Origin: Candidatus Uhrbacteria bacterium RIFOXYC2_FULL_47_19
GTDB taxonomy: Bacteria; Patescibacteriota; Patescibacteriia; SG8-24
DNA length: 64,000 nucleotides
Assembly (NCBI GenBank): GCA_001791745.1
Contig: MGFG01000010.1
Span: 3,351-67,350 of the forward strand
Reading direction: 5' to 3'
The first letter of the stretch is position 1, and each line of letters opens with the position of its first letter. The notes beneath the pieces are model-generated. The model saw nothing but the letters and a program-made list of their open reading frames with translations. It made no database searches and had not been told where the DNA came from. Shown here piece by piece: positions 48,765 through 58,946 of the stretch. A program made the translations under genes and the position numbers.

Positions 48765-51020
48765 CTAGATCGAACATAAATAATCTTCCTGACCATTCCG
48801 ATTACAACAGGAATTATTGTCTCCCATCGCGCAATTCCATCCGACACTAGGGAAAAAGCAATTCTGCAACGTATCTTGTATCTGGGCTCCAATAACCGGC
48901 TGATAGACTGGCAAACGTCCAGGCCATGAAACCATTTCTTCCATGGTGTAGCCCATGTCATTAGCGGTAAAGAAACCACGGTGCGTAATCATCATTCGAG
49001 TTACCATTTCATCACCAATCTCTACCGGACCTTCACCCAAATCCATGAAAAAGTAAGGTGGATCCAGCTGGATGTACGGACAGTCCTCGGCCGGATCAGA
49101 ACAGTCTTGATCCAAACTTTTCTTGGCTAATTCCTTAGCACGTAAGGCAATCGTTGTCCGGCCGTCAGAAAAAGCATTCCTAACCTCGTCGTATGCACCA
49201 GTCCGCATCGATCTGACACTCATTATCTTGTCCCATAAAACTGTTATCGGCAGATCGGTCGGAACTCGCGACGGTCCCTCTGGGTGATTCGGATGAAGTG
49301 GATCAACCGGTGGTGCGCTCTTGGGATCGATATCCATAACCGTTGGTGGTCTCAAATCGATCTCCTCACCAACATGATAAATCCATCTGGCTGTATCGTT
49401 GATACCTGCTAGAGCAGCTGGTGGATTATTCCGATTGAAATCAATTCGACGTTCCGCACTCTCTGGACCCTCGGCTGTCTCATTGCCGTTGCCGTCGAAC
49501 GAATTACCAACCATGTCCAACACACCATCCGGACGTGAAGCCTTGGGCGGCTCCGAACTTAAGGTTGCAGCCAAAGCACGTACTCGAATCTCGACGTTAC
49601 GCGGTAGGCAAAAAACTTGATTACCACAAGAATTCTCGGTAATACCCTCACATGGTTCACTAGGTACAAATTCAGCCGTCCGATAACGATTACCAATGTA
49701 AATCTTGCCAGAAATAGAGATGAACGACTCTCCATCACTGAAGTCACAATCCGTGTCCGGCAGACAACGAGCCTTTACCTCTATATTGGTGAATCCGCCG
49801 CCCTCGCCAATAATGCCGCTCACTGTGGTCGGATCAACCGCCTCATTAAAATAGATCTGTAGTAGTTGGTTGCGGGGCACTACGTCCGCCGGTCGACTAG
49901 GATCAATGACTGGTATCGGCACCACCGAGGTTATGTGTGGTGGTGTCAAATCAAGCATGGTTCCAGTCGTAAATGGCCAGAAGTAACCACCATCTGCGTT
50001 CATAGAAGTGAACGCATTTTGCTGATCTGGGTCAGCACTTTCAGTATCACTCGGCGACCAAACCTTGATACCATTGTCCCCTCCCCTAAGCGCTACGCGA
50101 TAGACAACATCAGTGGTTGGACTACCAATCGGAAGTGCCGGAGAGATGGTGATGGTTTGACCTTCAAGTGGATCAAAGGCTGCTGCCACAGCTGTAATTC
50201 GAACTGTGGGAGGTGGATCTACAAGTGCACCTTCATCCGGATATCTAGTATCGAACCGTTCATCTGGGCTGGAACCATCCATCCCCCCCAGTTCGGTTAC
50301 AGCGATAATCTTGAAATTATCGGTATTGAGTTGGAGGACTTCTGGCACCGCACCTCCGTCCACTGTGTCATCAGCGATATCGTAAGTCTCGGCGTCATCG
50401 TAATTACGAAAAACAGTCGACAGAACCAAGGGACGTTTAAAAGTAATCGAAATGTTTGTATTGCGCGGAACATCAATTTGTCCAACTTCCGGATAATGAT
50501 ATTCGATAATGCCATTACCTAACTCACCAGTTGGACCACCATGAGGCATCTCTCCCCATTCACGACCTCTGTCACCGCCCCCGGCACCAGGTACAATCGA
50601 GTGGCCAGTGAGCGCCTGAATAATAAAGGCAGTAATGGAGTAGGCCATGATCATAATGATCAACCCAATGGTCGTATTGGTAATAACCTTCTTAGCTTGA
50701 TCAACCTTAGCTGCGTCTCCCCGAGCAGTCATCCATAGATATCCGGCATAGATGTACAACAAGACAACAATGAATCCGAGTAAGGCAAAAAAGGCATTAA
50801 TCACTCGCCCAACAAAAACTCTTATGTCGGTCGTAGCTAGACCAGTTGCAGTAGCGAAGTCTAAACCAACATCGCTAGTAGTCATTTGTGCCGATACAAC
50901 TTCTGGCAAAAACAAAATCAGTAAAATAAAAGCCACCAAAACCGAGGTTCTGCTGGCATTCCGAATGTGCAACCAAGATCCTATCTTGAGTTGGTTGCGG
51001 GACCCATACCTTCCAAGCAT
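48765..51020 (-). CDS. Pilin-domain (TrbC/VirB2-like) protein with Ig-like domains
   Basis: TDIRVFVGRVINAFF...YAGYLWMTARGD...AKKVITNTTIGLII; VPRNT.I.I.F Big_5-like motifs. Confidence 0.82.
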   Translation of the reverse strand: MLGRYGSRNQLKIGSWLHIRNASRTSVLVAFILLILFLPEVVSAQMTTSDVGLDFATATGLATTDIRVFVGRVINAFFALLGFIVVLLYIYAGYLWMTARGDAAKVDQAKKVITNTTIGLIIMIMAYSITAFIIQALTGHSIVPGAGGGDRGREWGEMPHGGPTGELGNGIIEYHYPEVGQIDVPRNTNISITFKRPLVLSTVFRNYDDAETYDIADDTVDGGAVPEVLQLNTDNFKIIAVTELGGMDGSSPDERFDTRYPDEGALVDPPPTVRITAVAAAFDPLEGQTITISPALPIGSPTTDVVYRVALRGGDNGIKVWSPSDTESADPDQQNAFTSMNADGGYFWPFTTGTMLDLTPPHITSVVPIPVIDPSRPADVVPRNQLLQIYFNEAVDPTTVSGIIGEGGGFTNIEVKARCLPDTDCDFSDGESFISISGKIYIGNRYRTAEFVPSEPCEGITENSCGNQVFCLPRNVEIRVRALAATLSSEPPKASRPDGVLDMVGNSFDGNGNETAEGPESAERRIDFNRNNPPAALAGINDTARWIYHVGEEIDLRPPTVMDIDPKSAPPVDPLHPNHPEGPSRVPTDLPITVLWDKIMSVRSMRTGAYDEVRNAFSDGRTTIALRAKELAKKSLDQDCSDPAEDCPYIQLDPPYFFMDLGEGPVEIGDEMVTRMMITHRGFFTANDMGYTMEEMVSWPGRLPVYQPVIGAQIQDTLQNCFFPSVGWNCAMGDNNSCCNRNGQEDYLCSI

Positions 51021-51073
51021 GAAAAGAAGGTCATGTGAAACCTAATTAACTTTTTCAAGTATATACAAAAAGA

Positions 51074-51529
51074 CTACGAAGCGGTACTGGATAACTCCTC
51101 CTTAACTAACTGACTAACTTTTGCACCTGCGGCACGCCCCTTAGTTTCTTTGGTCACACTAGACATTATCTGTCCAAAGTTTGCTGTTCCATCACCAGAA
51201 AAATCAGCGATAACTTTTTTTATTACAGTTCTAATCTCGTCATCAGTTAACTGAGTCGGTTGATATCGAGAAATAATTTCGATCTCTTGTCGAGCCTTGT
51301 CTGCCAAATCAGCACGACCAGCAGATTCGAACGACTCAAGTGAGTCCTTGACCTTCTTAATCTCCTTAGCAATAACATCAACAACATCATCCTCGACCAA
51401 AGCCGACATCTTTTCTATCTCGGCGTTCTTCAGTGCAGCACGAAGCATTCGCAGTACTGAAACTGCGAATGCGTCACGTGCCTTGACCGCACCAATGAAA
51501 TCCTTGTCCATTCGTTCACGGGTGTCCAT
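51074..51529 (-). CDS. GatB/YqeY domain protein
   Basis: VLRMLRAALKNAEI, GRADLA, Y.P.QL. Confidence 0.92.
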   Translation of the reverse strand: MDTRERMDKDFIGAVKARDAFAVSVLRMLRAALKNAEIEKMSALVEDDVVDVIAKEIKKVKDSLESFESAGRADLADKARQEIEIISRYQPTQLTDDEIRTVIKKVIADFSGDGTANFGQIMSSVTKETKGRAAGAKVSQLVKEELSSTAS

Positions 51530-51574
51530 CGGTTTGGCGTTAAATCATTAGGGTCACAAAACGTTGAACCACTA

Positions 51575-51826
51575 TTAGCGGCGACGTTTGGAACGGCGGC
51601 GAAAATCCTCTTCGGTGGCCTGACCGCTCTTGATGAGATACTCGCGCTTTTCACGTAGCTCAGTCCTTCTTAGAGCTGTAGCCTTGGTGGCATTCTTATT
51701 CGGCAGATCGGTATGAAACCTGATCTTTCTAGCCTGTATCATTCGACCACTATCTTGTACACGACGACCGAACCTACGTAGCAAGCTCTCGAAACTCTCC
51801 CCTTTTTTACGTTTTACTTCAATCAC
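51575..51826 (-). CDS. rpsU: 30S ribosomal protein S21
   Basis: VKRKKGESFESLLRRF; adjacent to yqeY. Confidence 0.85.
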   Translation of the reverse strand: MIEVKRKKGESFESLLRRFGRRVQDSGRMIQARKIRFHTDLPNKNATKATALRRTELREKREYLIKSGQATEEDFRRRSKRRR

Positions 51827-51934
51827 GGAAACTCACCCCCCTTTCAATTAAGGATGTCTATAATTCGCCCCTCCTTGCCGGGCAAGGCTACACTAAACAA
51901 CCATTTGCGTCAAACAGGGGCACTTGGAGGTATA

Positions 51935-53347
51935 TTAGCCTCGACCAATCTTCTTTTTTAGCTCACTAACCGCTTTTTTGCTGTCAACTATCTCTTGCAT
52001 ACCGGATTCCATGTCCCGCACCAAGATAGTTCCATCGATTACTTCCTGCTGACCGAGAATTACTGTATAGCGAGCCCCTAACCGATTGGCAATCTCTAAC
52101 TGAGATTTGAGAGATCCTTTAGTGAAGTTGCCAGCCAGCCTGATACCAGCGACCCTCAACTCTTCAAACAGAACAAAAGCTTTACGTCGAGCATTGTCAC
52201 CTAACTGTGCCAAAAAGACATCCGGAGTATCGTTCTGCGATGGCTCAATCTCTTGAGACTTCATTTGAAGAATGGCCCGCTCTAATCCGATTCCAAAACC
52301 ACAGGCTGGGGTTGGACGCCCACCCAACTGCTCCACGAGACCATCGTAGCGCCCACCACCTCCTAAGGCTGTCTTAGTTTCCCCCTCTTCTGGCAATAAC
52401 TCAAAAACAGTCCTGGTGTAATAATCGAAACCACGCACTAAATGTGGGTCCAATACGTAAGGCACTTGCAAATCATCGAGATATTCCAAAACTTTCATCA
52501 GATGTTCCTTACAGGCTTCATCGAGCGAATCAAGAATCTGTGGGGCCTCTTCTTTGAGTGCGCTACATCCATCCTCTTTGCAATCCAATAGTCTCAGTGG
52601 ATTCTTAGAAATCCGCCGTTTACAATCTTCGCATAACTGTGACCTCTTGGATCGATAGTAAGCGACGAGCTCCTCTCGATATCTGGGACGACAGTCAGAG
52701 CAACCAAGGCTATTAACATGAACTACCGAACTAACACCAATGCCTCGGTAAAACAAGTGCGCGAGTAACATAATCTCAGCATCAAGCACTGGATTTTCAT
52801 CACCAAAAACCTCCACTCCAAATTGATTATGCTGACGAAATCTTCCTTGTTGTGGACGCTCATACCTAAACATCGGACCAAGGTAATAAAGCTTGACCGG
52901 CTGAGGTAAGCTGAACATCCCATGATTAATATAAGATCGAACCACTGGCGCTGTACCCTCGGGTCGAAGTGTTACATTGTCACCACCACGATCGATAAAC
53001 GAAAACATTTCCTTTTCCACTACATCAGTTTGAACACCGACTGATCGAACAAAGAGCGGAGTACTTTCTAAGATAGGAGTCTCTATTCGCTCAAATCCAT
53101 AAGCTTCGGCCAAATCCTCAGCAGTGTGTCTAATCTGCCGCCAGAACTTCTGTTCTGCAGGTAGCACATCCTTCATACCACGCAACACCTGAGGAACTCC
53201 CTTGGTTCTGATTACCGGCTTTTCTTCGACGACTGGTGGGGCTGGTCTATTATTCCTACTCGCTGCCCTAGGTGACACCTTTTTCTCTACTTGCTTTCTA
53301 ACAATAGACGATTTACCTACTGTTACAATTTTTTTCTTAAAAACCAT
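51935..53347 (-). CDS. hisS: Histidine--tRNA ligase
   Basis: LRPEGT, FRYERPQ.GR, LVRGFDYY, GGGRYD. Confidence 0.98.
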   Translation of the reverse strand: MVFKKKIVTVGKSSIVRKQVEKKVSPRAASRNNRPAPPVVEEKPVIRTKGVPQVLRGMKDVLPAEQKFWRQIRHTAEDLAEAYGFERIETPILESTPLFVRSVGVQTDVVEKEMFSFIDRGGDNVTLRPEGTAPVVRSYINHGMFSLPQPVKLYYLGPMFRYERPQQGRFRQHNQFGVEVFGDENPVLDAEIMLLAHLFYRGIGVSSVVHVNSLGCSDCRPRYREELVAYYRSKRSQLCEDCKRRISKNPLRLLDCKEDGCSALKEEAPQILDSLDEACKEHLMKVLEYLDDLQVPYVLDPHLVRGFDYYTRTVFELLPEEGETKTALGGGGRYDGLVEQLGGRPTPACGFGIGLERAILQMKSQEIEPSQNDTPDVFLAQLGDNARRKAFVLFEELRVAGIRLAGNFTKGSLKSQLEIANRLGARYTVILGQQEVIDGTILVRDMESGMQEIVDSKKAVSELKKKIGRG

Positions 53348-53417
53348 AGTGGAAAAAATAATTCAACATTACCTCTGATGATGTTGTTATTAACAAACCA
53401 TCCGTCTCAAAGACGAA

Positions 53418-54077
53418 TCAATTAGACATGTCATTATTAGTTGTGATCTCGTGATAAACATCTCCAGAAAAGACCACAATCCTATTCAATGGCCAGCCCC
53501 TGAGCATCACACGTCCAATGATCAATCGCTTGGAGACAGGACCAAATATTCTAGAATCCATGCTGGCGGCCCGATTGTCTCCCATTAAATAGTACTCATC
53601 ATCAGAGAGAGTTAAGTCCTTATCACCAGAAGTAAAAGTAGCTCCAATGTAACCACTCTCATCTAAAAGGAATCCTTCGGGATGATCCTGATTTAGGATA
53701 CGTAATCCACCTCCAGAGATAACAATACGTTCCCCCGGCAGAGCTACAATACGCTTAATAAAGAACTGGCTTGGATCGTCCGGATATCTAAAGACGACAA
53801 TATCTCCCCGTTGTGGCTCATGGAAACGATAACTGATCTCGTCAATAATGAGATACTCATGGTCATAAAAATTCGGCTCCATCGAGGCTCCCTTCACATA
53901 AAAGGGTTGGATCAAAAAATAACGAATGGGAAGAATGATAGCTAAAGAGATAACTACAACATGCAGTAGTTCTCCAACAAAACCAAAAAACCTCTTCAGC
54001 GGGCTGACAGGCCTCTTGCTGTCTACTTCCCCATTGCCGGAGAGGCCGTCCGGACCGACGATATTCGGATCCAACAT
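53418..54077 (-). CDS. lepB: Signal peptidase I
   Basis: GASMEP, IKRIVALPGE, GDNRAASMDSR. Confidence 0.96.
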   Translation of the reverse strand: MLDPNIVGPDGLSGNGEVDSKRPVSPLKRFFGFVGELLHVVVISLAIILPIRYFLIQPFYVKGASMEPNFYDHEYLIIDEISYRFHEPQRGDIVVFRYPDDPSQFFIKRIVALPGERIVISGGGLRILNQDHPEGFLLDESGYIGATFTSGDKDLTLSDDEYYLMGDNRAASMDSRIFGPVSKRLIIGRVMLRGWPLNRIVVFSGDVYHEITTNNDMSN

Positions 54078-54166
54078 AACTTAGGAAGGAAATCACAATC
54101 GCTTGCTGTTCGGACAAATGCTTTCTGGCACTGGACGACTGAGCATGCAAACCTTATGTATCTGGA

Positions 54167-54243
54167 TGGTGGACGATGGTGGTCTCGAACCACCGACCTC
54201 TGTCGTGTGAGGACAGCGCTCTAACCAACTGAGCTAATCGTCC
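54167..54243 (-). tRNA. tRNA-Val(CAC)
   Basis: GGACGATTAGCTCAGTTGG...CTGTC-CT-CAC-AC-GACAG...TTCGAGA...CCA. Confidence 0.95.
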
Positions 54244-54501
54244 ATCTCTCTAAAAACCGCTTTTTGCCTATATAGACAGGCAAAGCAAGGCCAATATAGC
54301 ACAATTGAACGCTTTTGCAAATGATCAGACCAAGTCCGTTTTACCTTATCACTTAATCCTGAAACCTCGAGTCCTCGACTAGATTTCCTCTTCGTTCTAC
54401 ACTTACCGAAGCAACTTTGCAGTCTATCTTAGATTAAGAGACTGAACTATAAAAAACAGTCTAGTAGACCGTCGAGAAAATCCAATATTAAGACAAAAAA
54501 G

Positions 54502-55920
54502 ATGGCAAACCTGCCAACAGTAAATTTACTCAAAGGAAAGGATGCCTCAACACCCTTCAGACAAGCCGGCGAAAAACCGGTCAGATTTTTTATATCTCCG
54601 ATTACTATAGCTATAGTTTTTATCTTAGCTTTTCTATTGGGCCGAGCTTCTGGATCGGAAGCTGCTTCGTTTGCCTTAAACGGACTTGGACAACTGCCAT
54701 TTCTGGGTGGAGTACGCCATTTAATCAGTAGTCCGGATCGTAAACTACTAGGAGAAGCTGATGGTCGCATCAACATCTTACTAATCGGCATGGGTGGAGA
54801 GGGGCATGATGGACCAAACCTCACCGATACGTTGATTGTGGCCAGTATTCGACCATCCGACGGTCAAGTTGCCATGTTATCCATTCCCCGCGACCTACTG
54901 GTATCAATTCAAGGCTACGGCTGGAAAAAAATTAATTCGGTCAACGCCTACGGTGAAGCACAAGATCCTGGCCACGGTGGAGACCTGATTAGAACCACTG
55001 CCGAAGGGCTGCTAGGCATTGACATTCCGTACTATGTACGTATAGACTTCGATGGCTTTCGGTCAGTAATCGACGCTGTAGGTGGTATCGATGTCTATGT
55101 CGAACGCGCTTTCACTGATGGCAGCTATCCAACCTACAGCCACGGACTACAAATAGTGTCGTTCCAACAAGGCTGGCAACACCTAGATGGTGAATCGGCA
55201 CTGCGATTCGCACGCTCACGTCACGGCAACAACGACGAAGGCAGCGACTTTGCTAGATCAAAAAGACAGCAAAAGGTGCTGACGGCACTCAAGGACAAAA
55301 TGATGTCCTACAAAACATTAAGTAGTCCTTCGGCTGTAGCTAATACCTTGTCAGCTTTACAGGCCAATGTGACGACTAACCTAGATGTTGGTGAGATTCT
55401 CCGACTAGCTCGACTAGCTCAAGATATTGATCGTGAAAACATCAAACACGAAGTGTTAGACAATCGTCCTGAGTCAGTTCTAGTAGACAGTGTAGTTGGT
55501 GGAGCTTATGTTCTTCTACCAAAAAATAACGACTGGAATGAGCTGCGAAATGTTGCCTCCAATCTTTTTGAACTAGCCGAACCACCAAGTCAAGAGGAAT
55601 TGCTATCTATATCGAACAATGGTCAGCAAGTCGATAATGTGGCGAGTGTTGAGATTAGAAATGGCAACGGAGAAGTAGGAGGAGCGCGCGATACAGCTGT
55701 CGAACTAAAAAAATACGGTTTTCGCGTAATTAGAATCGGCAATGCTGATTCTTTCGATTACACTCGAACAATCGTTTACGACCTTAAGAATGGAAGCTCG
55801 GCCAACACTGAACGATTACAAAAAATAATTCCGGACGTCGATATCAGAAAACCTAGTAATGAAATTCTAGCTACAGTCGACACCGACACCGACTACCTGA
55901 TCATCCTCGGACAAGATTGA
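54502..55920 (+). CDS. LCP (LytR-CpsA-Psr) family protein with LytR_C domain
   Basis: LTDT, SIPRD, KINS, ARSRH, DFARSKRQQ. Confidence 0.95.
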   Translation: MANLPTVNLLKGKDASTPFRQAGEKPVRFFISPITIAIVFILAFLLGRASGSEAASFALNGLGQLPFLGGVRHLISSPDRKLLGEADGRINILLIGMGGEGHDGPNLTDTLIVASIRPSDGQVAMLSIPRDLLVSIQGYGWKKINSVNAYGEAQDPGHGGDLIRTTAEGLLGIDIPYYVRIDFDGFRSVIDAVGGIDVYVERAFTDGSYPTYSHGLQIVSFQQGWQHLDGESALRFARSRHGNNDEGSDFARSKRQQKVLTALKDKMMSYKTLSSPSAVANTLSALQANVTTNLDVGEILRLARLAQDIDRENIKHEVLDNRPESVLVDSVVGGAYVLLPKNNDWNELRNVASNLFELAEPPSQEELLSISNNGQQVDNVASVEIRNGNGEVGGARDTAVELKKYGFRVIRIGNADSFDYTRTIVYDLKNGSSANTERLQKIIPDVDIRKPSNEILATVDTDTDYLIILGQD

Positions 55921-55924
55921 AATC

Positions 55925-57307
55925 ATGAACCAGTTACCAAAACTCACACCAATCGTCGCCCTCGTGGGACGAGCCAACGTCGGCAAGTCCACTCTTTTTA
56001 ATCGTCTCATAGAAAAACGAAAAGCAATTACATCTTCGGTCTCCGGTACCACGCAAGATATCAATTTCGGACACTGCCATTGGCGTGAAGAGATACTGAC
56101 AATCATCGACACTGCCGGTCTGGATCTAACATCAAAAGCGGCTACCGAAGCACAACTGCTTCGACAAGCTAAATCTGGCATGAGTAAATCCGATCTCATT
56201 GTCATGTTGGTTGACGCCAACGACGGACCAATGCCACAAGATATTGCACTAGCAAAATATCTCCGCAAATCAGACAAAAAAGTACTTCTCATTGTTAATA
56301 AGGCCGATAATCCAAGAATGCGCTCAAAGGCCAAAGGTGAGGCCTGGCTCAAGCTTGGTTTGGGTGCACCCAGAGCTGTCTCGGCTATCAACGGATCGGG
56401 TGTCGGCGACCTATTGGAAGAGATCTTGGAATACATGACTAGTCAAGGATTGACCAGTCGACCACTTCCAGAACCAGAAGTACGCATCGCTCTAATCGGA
56501 CGCCCAAATGTAGGCAAATCCTCGCTATTAAACGCACTAGCCGGTGAAGAACGAGTTATCGTCAGTGAGATACCACATACTACCAGAGAGCCACAAGACA
56601 CCATGCTCACCTACACTGAGCCGGATGGAACTGAACATCACATTTTACTGGTTGATACTGTCGGCATTCGCAAAAAGGCCAAGGTTCAACCTGGACTCGA
56701 ACGGGTTGGAGTCAGCATGAGCATTAACGAAATGATCGAAGCTGATATTGCTTTCCTAATGATTGATGCTACCGAAGGAATCGACGCACAAGAACGCAAA
56801 CTAGCTGGATTGATTGAACGAAAAAATGTCGGTGTGCTTATTGTGGTTAATAAGTGGGACTTGGCACCAAATAGTGAGTTAGGTACAGCGGACGAATATC
56901 GAAAATATGTAGCGACAGAACTACCATTCTATAAATTCGCCCCGGTAGCCTACATCTCTGCCAAAACCGGAGATAGAGTTGGTAAACTGATCAACTTGGC
57001 ACTCGAAATCTCTAAACAACGAAATCGAGAAATACCACAATCTGAACTCGATACTTTCGTTGAGATGTTGAAAAAGAAGCATCATGCAATTCTTGGATCA
57101 AAAAAAGACAGTAATCGTCCGAAAATTTATGGAATGATCCAAATTGGAACCAAACCGCCAACTTTTCTAGTTATCGCCAAGAAAAAAGAGACAATGCATC
57201 CAAGCTTCTTAAACTTCATTGAGAATAGACTGCGAGAAGAGTTTGGTTTTGCTGGTACACCAATTGCAGTTGTGTCTCGAGAGATACGTTCCAAATCAAA
57301 AAGATAA
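55925..57307 (+). CDS. der: Ribosome biogenesis GTPase Der
   Basis: Two GR.NVGKS GTPase domains and a KH-like C-terminus. Confidence 0.97.
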   Translation: MNQLPKLTPIVALVGRANVGKSTLFNRLIEKRKAITSSVSGTTQDINFGHCHWREEILTIIDTAGLDLTSKAATEAQLLRQAKSGMSKSDLIVMLVDANDGPMPQDIALAKYLRKSDKKVLLIVNKADNPRMRSKAKGEAWLKLGLGAPRAVSAINGSGVGDLLEEILEYMTSQGLTSRPLPEPEVRIALIGRPNVGKSSLLNALAGEERVIVSEIPHTTREPQDTMLTYTEPDGTEHHILLVDTVGIRKKAKVQPGLERVGVSMSINEMIEADIAFLMIDATEGIDAQERKLAGLIERKNVGVLIVVNKWDLAPNSELGTADEYRKYVATELPFYKFAPVAYISAKTGDRVGKLINLALEISKQRNREIPQSELDTFVEMLKKKHHAILGSKKDSNRPKIYGMIQIGTKPPTFLVIAKKKETMHPSFLNFIENRLREEFGFAGTPIAVVSREIRSKSKR

Positions 57308-57316
57308 TCGCTAAAT

Positions 57317-57883
57317 ATGAGATTGATCGTCGGACTCGGCAATCCCGGAGAAAAGTATGAGCGCACCCGTCACAACGCCGGGTTTATGGCGGTTCAAACT
57401 TTTCACCGACGACACAACAATCAATTTGACGATTGGAAAGAAAAATTTCAAGCATTGATCTCTGAAGGACGTATCGGAAAAGAGAAGGTGGTTTTGGTTC
57501 TACCTCAAACTTTCATGAATGAATCCGGACGAGCAGTACAAGAAATGGCGAATTTTTGGAAGATTGAGCCGACAAATATTGTTGTTGTGCTCGATGACTT
57601 TTCTCTACCATTCAGCGCACTACGTCTACGTCGCGAGGGATCAGCTGGTGGACACAATGGACTCAAGTCAATTATTGAAGCTATGTCCACTGAGGAAGTA
57701 CCACGCTTACGTCTAGGTATCGGCAATATCCAAATGTATAAAATTCCAGCTGAAAAATTTGTACTAGAAAAATTCAATGCAATAGAAGAATCAGATCTGA
57801 ATGATGTACTAGAACGAACAACAGATGTAATAGAAGTAATACTAGCTGACGGTCTAGATACTGCCATGAATGAATTCAACTAG
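57317..57883 (+). CDS. pth: Peptidyl-tRNA hydrolase
   Basis: LIVGLGNPG, TRHNAG, GGHNGLKS. Confidence 0.97.
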   Translation: MRLIVGLGNPGEKYERTRHNAGFMAVQTFHRRHNNQFDDWKEKFQALISEGRIGKEKVVLVLPQTFMNESGRAVQEMANFWKIEPTNIVVVLDDFSLPFSALRLRREGSAGGHNGLKSIIEAMSTEEVPRLRLGIGNIQMYKIPAEKFVLEKFNAIEESDLNDVLERTTDVIEVILADGLDTAMNEFN

Positions 57884-57985
57884 AAAAAGCGCCGAGCTGC
57901 AGAGCTCGACGTTTTTGTTTACCTAAAAACTTTAACTCTCACAAATTTGACAACAAAGGCTATGAAAGTTACGGTCGGCCACGTT

Positions 57986-58846
57986 ATGGACAAAATCAAA
58001 GAAATAAAACGGACAGATGATAACTTCCCTGTTCAACTTAGGCACATCTCTGGCTGTCCGGAGCGTTTATTTGTACGTGGACAAATCAAATCTTTGACTC
58101 AACAACCACTTATAGCAGTAGTCGGCACACGACGAATGACAAACTATGGCGAAGCAGTAATTAGACGGTTTGTACCGACCTGGGTGCGACATGGTATTGG
58201 CATCGTCAGTGGACTAGCACTTGGTACCGATGCTCTGGTGCATTTGGCAACACTAGAGGCTAATGGTCTAACCATTGGTATTCTAGGTTCAGGCGTAGAT
58301 CAAAAATCGGTCACTCCACGCACTAACAGTCGATTAGCCGAACGCATTATCTCTTCTGGTGGAGCCCTAGCCTCTGAATATCCCGACGGTACTCAACCTC
58401 AGCCATATCACTTTCCGGCACGCAACCGAATCGTGGCTGGATTAACACTCGCCACAGTCGTCATTGAAGCCCCGATCAAATCTGGTGCACTGATTACAGC
58501 CAAGTTTGCCTTAGATTTTGGCCAAGAAGTTTTTGCTGTACCTGGACCAATCACCGTAGAAACCAGTCGTGGTACCAATTGGCTAATCGCTCAAGGAGCA
58601 CATCCTCTACTCGAACCAGAGGATCTGCTTGAGGTATTAGGTATCGAAAAAATTCCGACTAGGCAGATATTACCTCCAAACGTCCAAGATGGCAGATTGC
58701 TCAACATTGTCCGTTTGGGATCAACTACACCAGATGAACTAGCCGAACGATCAGGACTTGACATTGGGCAGGTTCTAGTGGCATTGTCCGAACTCGAGGT
58801 CGCTGGACTAGTCAGTCGTACCGGTGACAAATTCACTGCCAATTGA
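57986..58846 (+). CDS. dprA: DNA-processing protein DprA
   Basis: VGTR, SGLALGTD, FPARNRI, SGALIT; start moved to ATG 57986 because the upstream TTG lies in a TTGACA -35 box. Confidence 0.95.
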   Translation: MDKIKEIKRTDDNFPVQLRHISGCPERLFVRGQIKSLTQQPLIAVVGTRRMTNYGEAVIRRFVPTWVRHGIGIVSGLALGTDALVHLATLEANGLTIGILGSGVDQKSVTPRTNSRLAERIISSGGALASEYPDGTQPQPYHFPARNRIVAGLTLATVVIEAPIKSGALITAKFALDFGQEVFAVPGPITVETSRGTNWLIAQGAHPLLEPEDLLEVLGIEKIPTRQILPPNVQDGRLLNIVRLGSTTPDELAERSGLDIGQVLVALSELEVAGLVSRTGDKFTAN

Positions 58847-58946
58847 CAGTCCAAGCAAACGACCGTTACCCTAAAGCCTAACGTCAAGAGTAAAATTAAG
58901 ATGATTAAGATATAGAAGATTACTCCATCCCCGAACGACCATTGCT

